The position numbers and the translations under genes were made by a program. Below, piece after piece: positions 1-10,159 of a stretch of DNA of 64,000 nt. Source of the DNA: Escherichia phage pEC-M719-6WT.2; the sequence record OQ845958.1, one strand, 5' to 3'. Numbering within the stretch: the stretch's first letter is position 1; each line of letters opens with the position of its first letter. The notes under the pieces are model-generated. The model was not told the DNA's origin, ran no database searches, and saw only the letters and a list, made by a program, of their open reading frames with translations.

Positions 1-1163
1 TTATACTTCTTATTCATCTTCTCTGCAGCTTTCATTGCTTCAGCCGAACGTTTGTCATGATATTTTGCTATCTTGGTTTGGTCTTCATCATCCAGAGTTG
101 CCCCTGTATTTTGCTGATAAGACATCAAAGCCGAGGCTTCCACATTATCCGCTAAATCGCCCATCCCAGGGATTTTGCTTAAGATAGCTGAAATCAGTTT
201 CGAAATCCCAAGCATAAGAAGTTGAGCCATGTTCTTCGTTAAGTTAACCATCCCACGGATAATAGCTTCAGCTAATCCCAACCAGTTCCTTTCACTAAAC
301 ATCGCTTCAGCATTCTTAGCCCAAGTCATTAGTCCTTCGAGTAACGGTCCCCATTCTTTGAACTTGTCATTAAATTCGGCCCATCCTTTTTCGAATTGCT
401 TCATGAAATATTGAAAATAAACTCGTATCGCATCGATACCAAATACCAACAGCAATAATCCACCAATAAGCTTGGCTGCTTCAGCAGCGGCCGTAATTGT
501 GTATTTGAACAGCATCCCGGAGATTCGGTCAGCAACAGAAATCGATGCCTTAAATCCTTTTTCGGTTATCTTCGAAAGGGTGTCAAGCTTATCGCCAAGT
601 GACCAGGTATTAGTCTCTTTGCCTTCTGCATCGTTTTTTGGTTGTTCTGGTTCTGGAATGAAGTCTGCGTCTGGCTTTTGTTCTTCAGGTGGTATGAGCT
701 CTGGAACGCTCGCTGTGGGCTTATTCTCTTCAGGCTCTGGTAATGCATCCTCCACAGGTTTAAGGCTTTCAGAACCAGCTACAGGAGACGTGACACCTAG
801 TTTACCACTTATCATTGCACTGAGTTTGTCGAGTTTATCCGTGAGAATATCCGTGAGGTTTTTAATCCCTTGTTGAGTCTTCTCGGTGGCTTCGGCCGTC
901 AGTTCGACCCCAGCACTGATATCCTGGAGGACTCCATTATTGGTTTGGATATTCTCGATAATCTGATTACCCTTATCCTCAATAGCTTCCGACACAAGTT
1001 CGGTTGCAGCTTGTGTATTTGTAAGAGTTGTATTCAGATTCGATAGTTCGTCATTCTGTTCGGCAGAGAGGGCTTCCGCCCTCCTTTGTGGTGCTAATTC
1101 TTCAATAAGCTTTTTATTCGGTCCACCGCGTCTGAAGCTCGTTTGTTCGGAGTTCTTATTCAT
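1..1163 (-). CDS. 29: Baseplate hub / tail-length protein gp29, N-terminal part (gene runs off window start)
   Basis: Minus-strand frame opens at ATG 1161-1163 overlapping gp28 stop and stays open to the window edge by manual translation; position after 51-27-28 as in T4. Confidence 0.6.
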   Translation of the reverse strand, partial: MNKNSEQTSFRRGGPNKKLIEELAPQRRAEALSAEQNDELSNLNTTLTNTQAATELVSEAIEDKGNQIIENIQTNNGVLQDISAGVELTAEATEKTQQGIKNLTDILTDKLDKLSAMISGKLGVTSPVAGSESLKPVEDALPEPEENKPTASVPELIPPEEQKPDADFIPEPEQPKNDAEGKETNTWSLGDKLDTLSKITEKGFKASISVADRISGMLFKYTITAAAEAAKLIGGLLLLVFGIDAIRVYFQYFMKQFEKGWAEFNDKFKEWGPLLEGLMTWAKNAEAMFSERNWLGLAEAIIRGMVNLTKNMAQLLMLGISKLISAILSKIPGMGDLADNVEASALMSYQQNTGATLDDEDQTKIAKYHDKRSAEAMKAAEKMNKKY

Positions 1164-1716
1164 TTAGGAGTTCCATTATTTTCAGTAACCCCTTAACAGG
1201 ACCATTCGGTCCCGGGATTGCTAATGTGCTTGTGATATCGTCTGCCCACTTAGCAACAAAAGCAGGCATATCCAGAAAGTCTGGAACGTCTTCCCCGAGA
1301 TAAAGAGTCTCCAGGAGATTGTCAACTGGTCCGAATTCTTCATACGGTTTATTAGAGCGGAATTTAAATGTTTTTCCTTGATAAGAGAATTCAAGGCGCT
1401 GACAGATATAAACATCATCCAGCTTATATGTAAACCCATCAATCTCACGTTTGTCTTTTAGCTTACCATTAAATTCCAGAAGATGTAAAGATACAAAGTC
1501 GGATTCAGCTGCTGTAAGATTAGGGAATATCGATTGCATAATCTTTCTTAATGCAGCGTATGGGTTAGGTTCGTTTTTAATCAGATTGTGATGTTTAAGA
1601 CCCAGCTTAGGAATGTGAATCTCTTTATCACCCAGCTGTATTTTCTTCGTCGGCAGAATCAGTTTTAAGTTCATTTTTAACCTTTGGTGGCTCTTCAACT
1701 TCAATAGGCTTACCAT
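1156..1716 (-). CDS. 28: Baseplate hub distal subunit gp28
   Basis: 186 aa track ORF immediately downstream of gp27, T4 gene order; true start may be internal ([11 protein letters not shown]) since track start overlaps gp27 by 88 nt. Confidence 0.7.
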   Translation of the reverse strand: MVSLLKLKSHQRLKMNLKLILPTKKIQLGDKEIHIPKLGLKHHNLIKNEPNPYAALRKIMQSIFPNLTAAESDFVSLHLLEFNGKLKDKREIDGFTYKLDDVYICQRLEFSYQGKTFKFRSNKPYEEFGPVDNLLETLYLGEDVPDFLDMPAFVAKWADDITSTLAIPGPNGPVKGLLKIMELLNE

Positions 1717-2797
1717 TGGTAAACATATAGAGGTTTGTAATTGATGTATTGTTACTCACTTCATGAATAACTTCGTCTACGTAAAAATCATATTTGAATT
1801 GGTTCTTCGGGTCATAGAAATTTATCTTATCACCCGGGGTTAATTCAAAGTTCCCGTATGTTTTGCAATGCGCGTAACCATCATATTGAGACATGGTTAT
1901 TAATCGTTGCGCTTCTTCGAAACCGTTTCGGTATGTATAATCCGAATAGCCGCCTGAACGAGATACCAGAATGCTGTTTTGTCCTTCCCCAAAAGTTATT
2001 CTGGTTGCGTTCTTGTCAAGGAATGAATGTGCATACACGGTTGCGTTTTCGTATGGTTTTCTTGTGTGTTGGTTCGCCTTTGTTAACCATTCAAAATCGA
2101 AGGCCAATGGAGTCTCGAGGTTTTGTACAAACTGGCCAACCAATCGAGGTTCACCCACCACGAAATTAATTGGCTCTTGTGATGTTAACCATTCATAATC
2201 CTGGATACTTATTCCATCAATATCTTCCCATACAAAAACAAATTTATCAGTTTCTACTGCCAAACCAACTTCCCTTATGAATTCCATATATCGGTTCATC
2301 GAATCACACCATGGAACGTTAGGAGCATAAACGTTTATGCCGTTTATTGGTGGAGAAAGCAACGGTCTATCCTGATAAATTACCCCGGTCATTTCGACTA
2401 ATGTTTCTTGTACACTCGGGTAAAACATACGACTAAATTTCAGGTCTTCAATTTCGTGAATAGGAGCCAGCTGAATTGTAATTATATTATCGCCTTTTGA
2501 ATCCACAGAAACTGCAAAGTGTTTGCTTCCATATATTCTGGATTGGGTTCGGTCTGAGTTGGCATTCTTAACGGAGACTTGTATAATTTGTTCACCGTTC
2601 ATTTTTGTATGTAAGTTCTTTGTGTCGTAGAATTGCAACAGACCTTCGTTTCTTCCGTAAAGAGAATCACGCATGGTCATAGTTGTAAATGTTGCAGCCA
2701 GTTCTACAAAACGGTGCTCGAGCCAGGCATCATAATCTTCGTAAAGGCGTATACTGATATTAGGAAAGCCTTCACGCTGCATAGATTTAGCTGTCAT
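1628..2797 (-). CDS. 27: Baseplate hub subunit gp27
   Basis: 389 aa; strong match to recalled T4 gp27 (e.g. [25 protein letters not shown]). Confidence 0.95.
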   Translation of the reverse strand: MTAKSMQREGFPNISIRLYEDYDAWLEHRFVELAATFTTMTMRDSLYGRNEGLLQFYDTKNLHTKMNGEQIIQVSVKNANSDRTQSRIYGSKHFAVSVDSKGDNIITIQLAPIHEIEDLKFSRMFYPSVQETLVEMTGVIYQDRPLLSPPINGINVYAPNVPWCDSMNRYMEFIREVGLAVETDKFVFVWEDIDGISIQDYEWLTSQEPINFVVGEPRLVGQFVQNLETPLAFDFEWLTKANQHTRKPYENATVYAHSFLDKNATRITFGEGQNSILVSRSGGYSDYTYRNGFEEAQRLITMSQYDGYAHCKTYGNFELTPGDKINFYDPKNQFKYDFYVDEVIHEVSNNTSITNLYMFTNGKPIEVEEPPKVKNELKTDSADEENTAG

Positions 2798-3546
2798 TTC
2801 TTCAAGTCCTTCTCAACTAACGATAAAGCAATACCTCGTTCGATAGGAATCATGTGCATGATGCTATCCAGTGTATATTGATTCTTTACCAGTAAGTGGT
2901 TAATTTGATAAAATACAAAGACTTCATCCGGGTTAAGGATAAGCTTAAAGACATCAATCAAGTCTGTATATTCGGTTTTGTGTTTTTCGCAGCAACCATA
3001 TGTAAATGGAATATAAACCGAATGCATTTTCTTAAGAAGCTCTTCGAGGCTCTCTATATCAATTGCATCGATAACTTGCATCTTTGTTTCTTCGGGAAGG
3101 TCTTCCCAATTGTATTTTTGTTCCGAGTCTTCGACGGTCTGAATGGTATTCAAGACAAGCTCTGACTTATCTTTATATTCCACTTCAGGGAACTTAAATT
3201 GTATTTTTATCCCCGCGGTTTCCATTGTTGGATTTGTCAATGGACCTTGACTCATATTAAACAAAGTCTGCTTTGTCTTTTTACATTTTTGACATTCAAA
3301 CGCTACCGGGACTTTTGTCTTACCGATAGAGGAAGTGAATACCTTCAGGAATATGTAAGGCCTCCATGCTTTTGGATACTCTCCAAAATAATCTTCCAAC
3401 AGTTCGTCTAATAATTGTTTTTGTTCTTCGACGGGTTTGTTGTTCATGTCGTTTCGCACAAGCAGTAAATCACGGTAATCAGCGACTGTAAACGGTTTGA
3501 AACGATGAACTCCGTCTGGCATTTCACATCTTACGATATTGGCCAT
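2794..3546 (-). CDS. 51: Baseplate hub assembly catalyst gp51
   Basis: 250 aa (T4 gp51 249 aa), position between 27 and 26, late promoter TATAAATA 25 nt upstream. Confidence 0.85.
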   Translation of the reverse strand: MANIVRCEMPDGVHRFKPFTVADYRDLLLVRNDMNNKPVEEQKQLLDELLEDYFGEYPKAWRPYIFLKVFTSSIGKTKVPVAFECQKCKKTKQTLFNMSQGPLTNPTMETAGIKIQFKFPEVEYKDKSELVLNTIQTVEDSEQKYNWEDLPEETKMQVIDAIDIESLEELLKKMHSVYIPFTYGCCEKHKTEYTDLIDVFKLILNPDEVFVFYQINHLLVKNQYTLDSIMHMIPIERGIALSLVEKDLKK

Positions 3547-3570
3547 AGAATCCCCTTTTATCTTTATTGA

Positions 3571-3582
3571 TATTTATAAATA
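3571..3582. promoter_or_regulatory. Overlapping divergent late promoters for genes 51 and 26
   Basis: TATTTATAAATA: TATAAATA 3575-3582 on plus (gp26 ATG 18 nt downstream) and TATTTATA 3571-3578 (TATAAATA on minus, 25 nt upstream of gp51). Confidence 0.6.
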
Positions 3583-3599
3583 CAGTAAAGGAGCAAATT

Positions 3600-4223
3600 A
3601 TGACTTATGAATTTATTGTCCAAATTAAAAATAAAACTATAAATTGTAGGGCTTTTACCTTGCGCGAATACAAAGATTTGCTTCAGGCAAAATTAGAAAA
3701 GCGTATGGAACCTGCAATAATTGAACTGCTTAATAAATGCACTGATGCTAAAGGGTTAAACAAACAGGAAGCCGAGCTGCTTCTTATTAATCTCTGGGCA
3801 AATAGTCTCGGAGCTGTTAACGTCGAGCATACATGGGTATGCGAATGCGGAAAGGAACAAGATATTCCTGTGACTATAAGTCGTGCAAGCATCGTGGATG
3901 AGTCTGAAGTTATTCGTGATTTCGGGGCATTTAAAATTAAATTCCGTTATCCTGGGTTGTTTGAAGACGGCGATAAAGGTAAAATGATTGCTTGTTGTAT
4001 CGAATATATTATCACGGAAGGTGGCGAGCGCATCGTTGTTGATGACTTAAATGAAGCCGAAATCGAGGACCTATACAACGCAATTACCCTCGATGATATA
4101 AATGCACTAACCGAAGAACTTCTCAAGCCACAGGTCCAAATGGCTATTCCTATCTCTTGCGAGTGCGGAGCGCATTCTGTCCATGTAATTAAGGGGCTTA
4201 AAGAATTCTTTAAGTTTATGTAA
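3600..4223 (+). CDS. 26: Baseplate hub subunit gp26
   Basis: Start moved to ATG 3600 preceded by AAGGAG RBS; about 207 aa (T4 gp26 208 aa); abuts gene 25. Confidence 0.8.
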   Translation: MTYEFIVQIKNKTINCRAFTLREYKDLLQAKLEKRMEPAIIELLNKCTDAKGLNKQEAELLLINLWANSLGAVNVEHTWVCECGKEQDIPVTISRASIVDESEVIRDFGAFKIKFRYPGLFEDGDKGKMIACCIEYIITEGGERIVVDDLNEAEIEDLYNAITLDDINALTEELLKPQVQMAIPISCECGAHSVHVIKGLKEFFKFM

Positions 4224-4613
4224 ATGAATATAAACAAAATGTATAGCGATGTATCTCCCGACTTATCTACAAGTTGGGATAAAGACGTTGCTAAAGTAAC
4301 TGGCGCAAGGTCTGTTAAGAACAGTCTTCTAGGAATAATCACCACAAGAAAAGGGTCACGGCCTTTTATGCCTGAATTTGGATGTGATATAAGTAATCAG
4401 CTTTTTGAGAATATCACACCGTTAATTACAGATACCATTAAACGCAACATCGTCTCCGCGGTGCGGAACTTCGAACCAAGAATAAGCAATCTACAGGTTG
4501 CAGTTGTCCCTATGTATGATGATAACTCCATTATCGTAACGGTTCAGTTCAGCATTGTTGATGACCCTGATACCCTCGAACAAATCAGGATTCAGCTAAG
4601 TCAAAACGGTTAA
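4224..4613 (+). CDS. 25: Baseplate wedge protein gp25
   Basis: 129 aa; near-identical motifs to T4 gp25 (LLGIITTRKGSRPF.PEFGCD). Confidence 0.95.
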   Translation: MNINKMYSDVSPDLSTSWDKDVAKVTGARSVKNSLLGIITTRKGSRPFMPEFGCDISNQLFENITPLITDTIKRNIVSAVRNFEPRISNLQVAVVPMYDDNSIIVTVQFSIVDDPDTLEQIRIQLSQNG

Positions 4614-4649
4614 TGCTTTAATTTTATGGCTGTATAATGGTTCTAGACC
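4614..4649 (+). promoter_or_regulatory. MotA-box middle-promoter cassette upstream of uvsY (TGCTTTA-N12-TATAAT-GGTTCTAGACC)
   Basis: TGCTTTA 4614-4620, extended -10 TGTATAAT 4631-4638, conserved GGTTCTAGACC 4639-4649. Confidence 0.6.
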
Positions 4650-4666
4650 CTTACATTGGATACATT

Positions 4667-5101
4667 ATGAAAACAGAGATTGAATATAAGTTGGAAGTCT
4701 TTCAGGACGAGTTAGATGCAGATTTAAAAATTGATGGTACACAACTTCAATATGAAACACAAAACAACGTTTTGTTGCATAGCAAATGGTTGAGATTGTA
4801 TACCAACTGCAAGAAAGAAATAATGCGTCTTGAGATTCAGAAGAAAACTGCACTGAAAAAACGACTAGACCATTATACGGGAAGAGGTGACCCAGGGGAA
4901 GAGGTATGCATGGATGTATACGAGAAGTCAGAATTGAAAACAGTCATGGCAGCAGATTCAAACATACTGAAGATTGATACTTCAATTCAGTATTGGGCAC
5001 TACTCCAGGACTTCTGTAGCGCTGCATTAGATGGTGTTAAGTCGCGAAGTTTCGCACTTAAACATATGTTAGAAATAAGACAATTCGAGGCAGGCAAATA
5101 A
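4667..5101 (+). CDS. uvsY: Recombination mediator UvsY
   Basis: Matches T4 UvsY (LQYE..NNV.L.SKWL, YEKSE.KTV, IKSRSFALKHM); start set to ATG 4667 (MKTEIEYK); MotA-type middle promoter upstream. Confidence 0.95.
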   Translation: MKTEIEYKLEVFQDELDADLKIDGTQLQYETQNNVLLHSKWLRLYTNCKKEIMRLEIQKKTALKKRLDHYTGRGDPGEEVCMDVYEKSELKTVMAADSNILKIDTSIQYWALLQDFCSAALDGVKSRSFALKHMLEIRQFEAGK

Positions 5102-5334
5102 TGCGATATTCTATCGACGATGCGTTTAACCAAGACGAAGAGTTCGAAGAAGAAATTAAGTATATGATGAAGGAATGGAAATTGAATCGTGCAGATATTC
5201 GTATCTGCGCTGACCACCCTTGCGGTGAAGATGTTATCTATGTTAAAGGTAAATTTGCAGGATACATCGATGATGCGTTCTATTCTCACAATATGGGGAT
5301 AGATACTGGTATGAGATACTTTAAGGAAAATTAA
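5101..5334 (+). CDS. Hypothetical protein in the uvsY.-1 position
   Basis: 77 aa ORF overlapping uvsY stop (ATGA); positional analogue of T4 uvsY.-1. Confidence 0.5.
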   Translation: MRYSIDDAFNQDEEFEEEIKYMMKEWKLNRADIRICADHPCGEDVIYVKGKFAGYIDDAFYSHNMGIDTGMRYFKEN

Positions 5335-5445
5335 ATGAAAAATATTAGTAAGATTCTCGACGAGATGGTTATCTCTGCAAACCGAATAACTGAAATTGTT
5401 AATGAGATGAAAGCTCGTGCTGCTATTATGAAGAGCACTAAATAG
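5335..5445 (+). CDS. Hypothetical small protein (36 aa)
   Basis: Short ORF with TAAATG overlap with the upstream gene; below the track size cutoff; weak. Confidence 0.3.
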   Translation: MKNISKILDEMVISANRITEIVNEMKARAAIMKSTK

Positions 5446-5473
5446 ATATGTAAGTTTAACTGAGGAGACAATC

Positions 5474-5641
5474 ATGTCAGATAAGATTTGTGTTGTCTGT
5501 AAAACTCCAATCGATTCTGCATTGGTTGTGGATACAGACCAAGGTCCGGTGCATCCGGGCGCCTGTTATAATTATGTTCAGAGTTTGCCAGTTACGGAAA
5601 ATACAGAAGAGCAACTGAACGAGACCCAACTTTTAATTTAG
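5474..5641 (+). CDS. Hypothetical Cys-containing small protein (55 aa), uvsY.-2 position
   Basis: Strong RBS GAGGAG 8 nt before ATG 5474; CxxC near N-terminus; followed by a hairpin terminator. Confidence 0.45.
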   Translation: MSDKICVVCKTPIDSALVVDTDQGPVHPGACYNYVQSLPVTENTEEQLNETQLLI

Positions 5642-5666
5642 CTAGTGTTGTTAACCATTTTTGGTT

Positions 5667-5698
5667 TTGCCCCTTCCTTTTGGTTGGGGCCTTTTTAT
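5667..5698. terminator. Bidirectional hairpin terminator (GCCCC...GGGGC + T-run)
   Basis: Inverted repeat 5669-5673/5686-5690 followed by CTTTTTATTT; sits between convergent genes. Confidence 0.55.
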
Positions 5699-5926
5699 TT
5701 AGAAATCTTCGTCTTCGTCGTCGTCCATATCCTCAAGCTCGGCGCGTTTACCGGCAAGAGCATCACGAACACTGATATCATCGGAATCTTTTAGTTCAGC
5801 TTCTTTGCTGCGTTTTTTATAATAGCCTTCCAACTCCTTCAGACCGTCCATGGTCTGACAGGAACCAATCTTAGCCATAAAGCCTTCAATTGATGCTTCG
5901 TACATAATTTCTTCGAAGGATTTCAT
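5699..5926 (-). CDS. uvsW.1: UvsW.1-like small acidic protein
   Basis: 75 aa acidic C-terminus; position 3' of uvsW as in T4. Confidence 0.55.
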   Translation of the reverse strand: MKSFEEIMYEASIEGFMAKIGSCQTMDGLKELEGYYKKRSKEAELKDSDDISVRDALAGKRAELEDMDDDEDEDF

Positions 5927-6621
5927 TATATTTCCACCTGTTTAATTAAATTTCTGATTTTATATAAAGAAAGCCCCGTTGCTACAGAAGCTTGCTTCAT
6001 CGAACCATATTCAATCCCGTTTAAAACCACTTTCTTAGCGGCAGGATTTTTGGATGGGTCTTTATAACGTTCTTTTGCTTTATCTGAAATTTTCTTTGAT
6101 GCTTCTGGTGTATGTGATTTACCATACATCCAATTACCTTCACCTTTATTTCTTTCAGATATAGCTTGACATTGTGCTTGAGAGTATTTATACGGATTCG
6201 CTTTCTTTGTCGCAGATATTTTATCGGCCCAAGTTATTTTGCGACCCTTCAATAATTGGCTCATATATTCTTTATGTTCTTCAGTATGGTGCTTACCATA
6301 AAAAGGATTACCTTCACCAGTTTGAAGAGCTGACATTTGCCTACGCTCCCATCCATACGATTTATTAAATTGTCGTTGATGTGTCCGAGAGCTCATACCC
6401 ATAGCAATGACGGCCTTTATAAGACCGTAATGATTAGGATGAATTTTGGCCAATAATTTATGTGCAATAAAATGTTCTTCCGGAGTAAGGTTGACTCTGT
6501 TTTCTTGTGTATCAGGTCCACCCATACATTCTGGAATAATATGGTGAGATTCCGTATATCCAATTGGTTTGGAAGCCTTTCGGCTCCCAATTAAATCATC
6601 ATATATTTTTTGATAATTCAA
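5926..6621 (-). CDS. Free-standing HNH homing endonuclease with NUMOD3-like repeats
   Basis: HNH signature (HHIIPECMGG..N..H) at N-terminus; two GEGN(P/W)(F/M)YGK.HT.E repeats; start/stop overlap uvsW and uvsW.1. Confidence 0.8.
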   Translation of the reverse strand: MNYQKIYDDLIGSRKASKPIGYTESHHIIPECMGGPDTQENRVNLTPEEHFIAHKLLAKIHPNHYGLIKAVIAMGMSSRTHQRQFNKSYGWERRQMSALQTGEGNPFYGKHHTEEHKEYMSQLLKGRKITWADKISATKKANPYKYSQAQCQAISERNKGEGNWMYGKSHTPEASKKISDKAKERYKDPSKNPAAKKVVLNGIEYGSMKQASVATGLSLYKIRNLIKQVEI

Positions 6622-8117
6622 ATTTCCACCTGTTTAATTACATAGTTAAACCGTTCATCAGCATATCTTTGTATACGTTCAAGGCCATGCTTTAGGGCAA
6701 AGTTCAAATGAACATATTTCTTTTTAGCATTTGCCGATTTAGGTTTAACACCCATATCGTCAACGATATCAAAAACGTTTGCTTGTGATTTGGATTCATG
6801 TTTTCGAAGCACGCGGCCAATTGTCTGGAGTACAATTACCTTTGACTTGACCGGGTGAGCGAAAATAATATGATGGAGGTTTTTAACGGAAATACCCGTC
6901 GAGAATACACCGTATGAAGCTACAACAATAATTCCTTTTCCATTCTCTGCCATGACCTTTAATGCATTACGAGTTTCGGTATCAACTTCCCCGGAAACAT
7001 AATACACTTTCTCATGACCAGCTTCCTTAAGCATTTCAAACATCGATTTGCCATGCTCGATATTCTTAAACATCAAAAAGACGTTTTCATCTTTTTTAGC
7101 AAGCTTGAGAGCAAGATTTGTTACCCATTTATTTCGGCGTGTAGCTTTTGTAATTACCTTAATTTCATCCTGATAAGTTTTACCTTTCATTTTAACGGTA
7201 AATTCATCAGGGTAACGAAGGAAAATACTATTTATTTTAAGGTCAGTAACCTGTCCATCTTCCATCAATTTAGATGTGGATACTGGTTTAAAGATATCAC
7301 CAAACAGACCCATATATTGCATAAGGTTGGCTTTGCCGTCACGGAGTGAACCTGACAAACCAAATTTAAACGTACAATTCGTAAGGCCTTCGATAACCGT
7401 CGAAATTGATTTACCTGTCGCCATATGACATTCGTCATTCATAAACTGGCCAAACTGTTCAAACCATTCTTTAGGTTGTTTTACAGCCGTCTGATAAGTC
7501 GATACATAAATCATCGCATCAGAATCGCGTTTGGTACCAGAACGAATACCCAGACAAGCTTCACGAGGGAACAGACGATAATCAACAAAGTCATTAATCA
7601 TCTGGTCAACGAGCGCAGTTGTAGGAACAAGGATAAGTACTTTGCCTTCATAGTTCTCGAGATAATATCGCGCCAGAAGCGCCTGGATGAGACTTTTACC
7701 TGCAGACGTAGGTAAGTTCAGAATCTTTCTTCTGTTGACCAGACCATCATATACGGCGTCAGATTGATACCAATGGGGAGTTATCTTGGTATTGCCTGAA
7801 TAGATTTCTTTTGACTCGACCCATTTGTCGAATTCTTCGCGAGAGATTTCTTCTTTCTCTGTGATTTGTGGGTCAATCCAGAATGAATAGCCAAACTGGT
7901 CAGCGAACTTTTTAATTTGATTAACCAAACCGTATGGTAATTTACGATTGTAATCCAGGAGGCGGATTCGTCCGTCCCAAACTCCCTGCTTGAATTTTGG
8001 ATTGAAGCGATAGTTTTCAGCTTCGAAGCTGAAGTAATCACGGAGTTCGTAGAAGATTCCATCTTCACATTCAACATGCACGTGACTAAAATTTAGAAAG
8101 TTGATTTTAATATCCAT
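6618..8117 (-). CDS. uvsW: UvsW DNA/RNA helicase
   Basis: Strong match to T4 UvsW (NLPTSAGKS Walker A, DECH box); track start is a GTG extension, start set to ATG 8115-8117 (MDIKINF). Confidence 0.95.
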   Translation of the reverse strand: MDIKINFLNFSHVHVECEDGIFYELRDYFSFEAENYRFNPKFKQGVWDGRIRLLDYNRKLPYGLVNQIKKFADQFGYSFWIDPQITEKEEISREEFDKWVESKEIYSGNTKITPHWYQSDAVYDGLVNRRKILNLPTSAGKSLIQALLARYYLENYEGKVLILVPTTALVDQMINDFVDYRLFPREACLGIRSGTKRDSDAMIYVSTYQTAVKQPKEWFEQFGQFMNDECHMATGKSISTVIEGLTNCTFKFGLSGSLRDGKANLMQYMGLFGDIFKPVSTSKLMEDGQVTDLKINSIFLRYPDEFTVKMKGKTYQDEIKVITKATRRNKWVTNLALKLAKKDENVFLMFKNIEHGKSMFEMLKEAGHEKVYYVSGEVDTETRNALKVMAENGKGIIVVASYGVFSTGISVKNLHHIIFAHPVKSKVIVLQTIGRVLRKHESKSQANVFDIVDDMGVKPKSANAKKKYVHLNFALKHGLERIQRYADERFNYVIKQVEI

Positions 8118-8145
8118 GATGATTCCAAGGTAATAAATATATCTA

Positions 8146-8153
8146 TATTTATA
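8146..8153 (-). promoter_or_regulatory. Late promoter (TATAAATA on minus strand) for uvsW
   Basis: Plus-strand TATTTATA about 30 nt upstream of the uvsW ATG. Confidence 0.5.
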
Positions 8154-8171
8154 CACTAACCGAGGTTCATC

Positions 8172-8837
8172 ATGATTGACAAGAACTACATTGAGGAAAT
8201 TCGTGTCCTCGAGAAAAAAGAAGCCAAAGAAAAATTAGCCGAATACGCAGCATCACTTGGCGTTGATGTTAAGAAAACAAAAACCTTTGATAATATGTTG
8301 GCTGACCTGGAAGCAGGACTTAAAGCATTTGCTGACATGCCTATGCCTGATGATAATGAAGGTCTGAGCATCACTGACCTTATCGATGCCGACGATGAAT
8401 TGTCAGGTGCTAAATTTGATGGCGATGAGTCAGCTAAAGAAGAAGCTAAACTCTTATTTGATGCTCCAACCGAAGCAAAGGTTGAAGTTGTTGAAATCGA
8501 AGAACCAGTTGTTTTGGTCGAAGAAGATGTTCCTTTTATCGAAGAAAAGTTCGAAGCAGCTGTTGCTAAGGTTGTCGAATCTGAAAAACCTGTATTTGCT
8601 CTGCCAAAAAACTTTAGTCCAAATCTTATGCTTATTGGCAAGAACCCTGGATTCTGTACTGTTCCGTGGTGGATTTATCAGTGGATTGCCGAGACTCCGG
8701 ATTGGAAAGAACGTCCAACTGCTTTCCCACATCCCACCGCGCATCAAACCCTATTCAGTTTGATTTATTACATCAATCGTAATGGGTCTGTTCTAGTACG
8801 AGAAACTCGTAACTCATCTTTTGTCACTTTAAAATAA
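8172..8837 (+). CDS. inh: Inh-like protein (inhibitor of prohead protease), acidic
   Basis: 221 aa; position immediately upstream of hoc matches T4 transcription order inh-hoc-24.3-24.2-rnlB; sequence identity not verified. Confidence 0.55.
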   Translation: MIDKNYIEEIRVLEKKEAKEKLAEYAASLGVDVKKTKTFDNMLADLEAGLKAFADMPMPDDNEGLSITDLIDADDELSGAKFDGDESAKEEAKLLFDAPTEAKVEVVEIEEPVVLVEEDVPFIEEKFEAAVAKVVESEKPVFALPKNFSPNLMLIGKNPGFCTVPWWIYQWIAETPDWKERPTAFPHPTAHQTLFSLIYYINRNGSVLVRETRNSSFVTLK

Positions 8838-8846
8838 GGGTTTATT

Positions 8847-9980
8847 ATGGCTTATACCGTAGCTATTGCTCCTTTGGCGGCTACGGCCGTTATTGGAGCA
8901 ACAACCAATTTCACTGCAACCGGCTCTGGTGCTGCAGCTGAAGGTGTTGAATCATTTGTATGGACCGTTGATGGCGTTCCTCAATCTTCTGTGACTGCAG
9001 CAATGGATTATGTCGCTGTTGGCCCAGCAGGCAGTAAGACTATTAAAGTTGTTGCAACTACCACTCCGGCAGACGGTGAACCGGAAACTGCTGAGGCTGA
9101 GACAACTTTAACTATCCAGAATAAAACAATGCCTGCTATTACATTGACTTTAGACCCTGCCTCTGTTACTAAAGAAGTGGGGCAATCTCAAGTTGTTACT
9201 GCTAACGTGACAGGCGCTCCTTCTGGTGCAACAATCGCTTACGTTTGGAAACGTAACACTAGCGTAATCGCAGGTCAAACTGGTAAAACTATTACCGTCA
9301 CCGAATCAGCAGAAGCAAATTATACATTGAACTGTGAAGTTACTGTTTCTGCACCCGATTATAATAATGGCACCGCATCTAAAGGAGCTGCGGTAACTTT
9401 TGTTAAGAAAACTATGTCGGGTGTTTCTGTTACTTTAGCACCGACCTCTATTAATGTTCCTGAAGGAACTCCGGCTTCTTTTAAAGCTACTGTAGCCGGT
9501 GCGCCTGCTGGTGCTACTTTTGCCTATTCTTGGAAGAAAGATGGTTCACCAGTCGCTGGTACCACGGATACTTTGGCAATCGATACAAGCGCCGAAGGTT
9601 CCCAGTTAATTGAAGTTTCTGTTGTTGTATCTGCTACAGATTATAACCCTGTAACCGTTACCAAAACTGGTAATGTAACAGTCACGGCTAAAGTCGCACC
9701 AGTTCCAGATGGCGAATTACCATATATTCACCCATTGCCAGTACGTAATTCAGCTTATATCTGGTGTGGTTGGTGGGTTATGGATGAAATTCAGAAAATG
9801 ACTCTTGCTGGGCAAGACTGGAAAACTGATGACCCAGATAGCCCGTATTATTTGCACCGATACACACTTCAAAAAATGATTACCGACTATCCAGAGGTTG
9901 ATGTACAAGAATCTCGTAATGGTCGAGTTATTCATCGCACCGCTTTAGAAACTGGTATTATATACGATTACGTTTATTAA
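8847..9980 (+). CDS. hoc: Hoc, highly immunogenic outer capsid protein (Ig-like repeats)
   Basis: 377 aa; C-terminal region matches T4 Hoc (YIWCGWWVMDEIQKMT, YYLHRYTLQKM, ESRNG). Confidence 0.9.
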   Translation: MAYTVAIAPLAATAVIGATTNFTATGSGAAAEGVESFVWTVDGVPQSSVTAAMDYVAVGPAGSKTIKVVATTTPADGEPETAEAETTLTIQNKTMPAITLTLDPASVTKEVGQSQVVTANVTGAPSGATIAYVWKRNTSVIAGQTGKTITVTESAEANYTLNCEVTVSAPDYNNGTASKGAAVTFVKKTMSGVSVTLAPTSINVPEGTPASFKATVAGAPAGATFAYSWKKDGSPVAGTTDTLAIDTSAEGSQLIEVSVVVSATDYNPVTVTKTGNVTVTAKVAPVPDGELPYIHPLPVRNSAYIWCGWWVMDEIQKMTLAGQDWKTDDPDSPYYLHRYTLQKMITDYPEVDVQESRNGRVIHRTALETGIIYDYVY

Positions 9981-9983
9981 TTA

Positions 9984-10012
9984 AAAAGGGACCTTCGGGT
10001 CCCTTTATTTTT
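9984..10012 (+). terminator. Rho-independent terminator after hoc
   Basis: AAAGGGACC ttcg GGTCCCTTT hairpin followed by T-run. Confidence 0.7.
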
Positions 10013-10100
10013 ATGGTACTGAGCAAACGTTGCCTGGCCCCTTCTCCGGTAAGTCCTTGTGGTCATACCATAACAATTGTTCATCTGGCATAAAAATCAT

Positions 10101-10130
10101 GTTTACAAGTTAAAAATTCCATGTTAAGAT
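10101..10130 (+). promoter_or_regulatory. Early-type promoter (GTTTAC -35, TAAGAT -10)
   Basis: GTTTAC 10101-10106, 18 nt spacer, TAAGAT; upstream of the 10160 ORF. Confidence 0.4.
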
Positions 10131-10159
10131 AGCTTCACTAACTCAACATGAGAATCATT

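Noticed and set aside
472-876. 134 aa plus-strand ORF
   Set aside because: Antisense within the gp29 coding region; Ser/Gly-rich, no start context.
6618-8156. Track start of the uvsW ORF (MYKYRYIYY...) at 8156
   Set aside because: The codon at 8154-8156 is GTG and the extension covers the late promoter; the internal ATG at 8117 (MDIKINF) matches the T4 UvsW N-terminus.
8186-8641. 151 aa minus-strand ORF
   Set aside because: Antisense to the inh-like gene; Ser-rich artefact of the GAA/GCT-rich sense strand.
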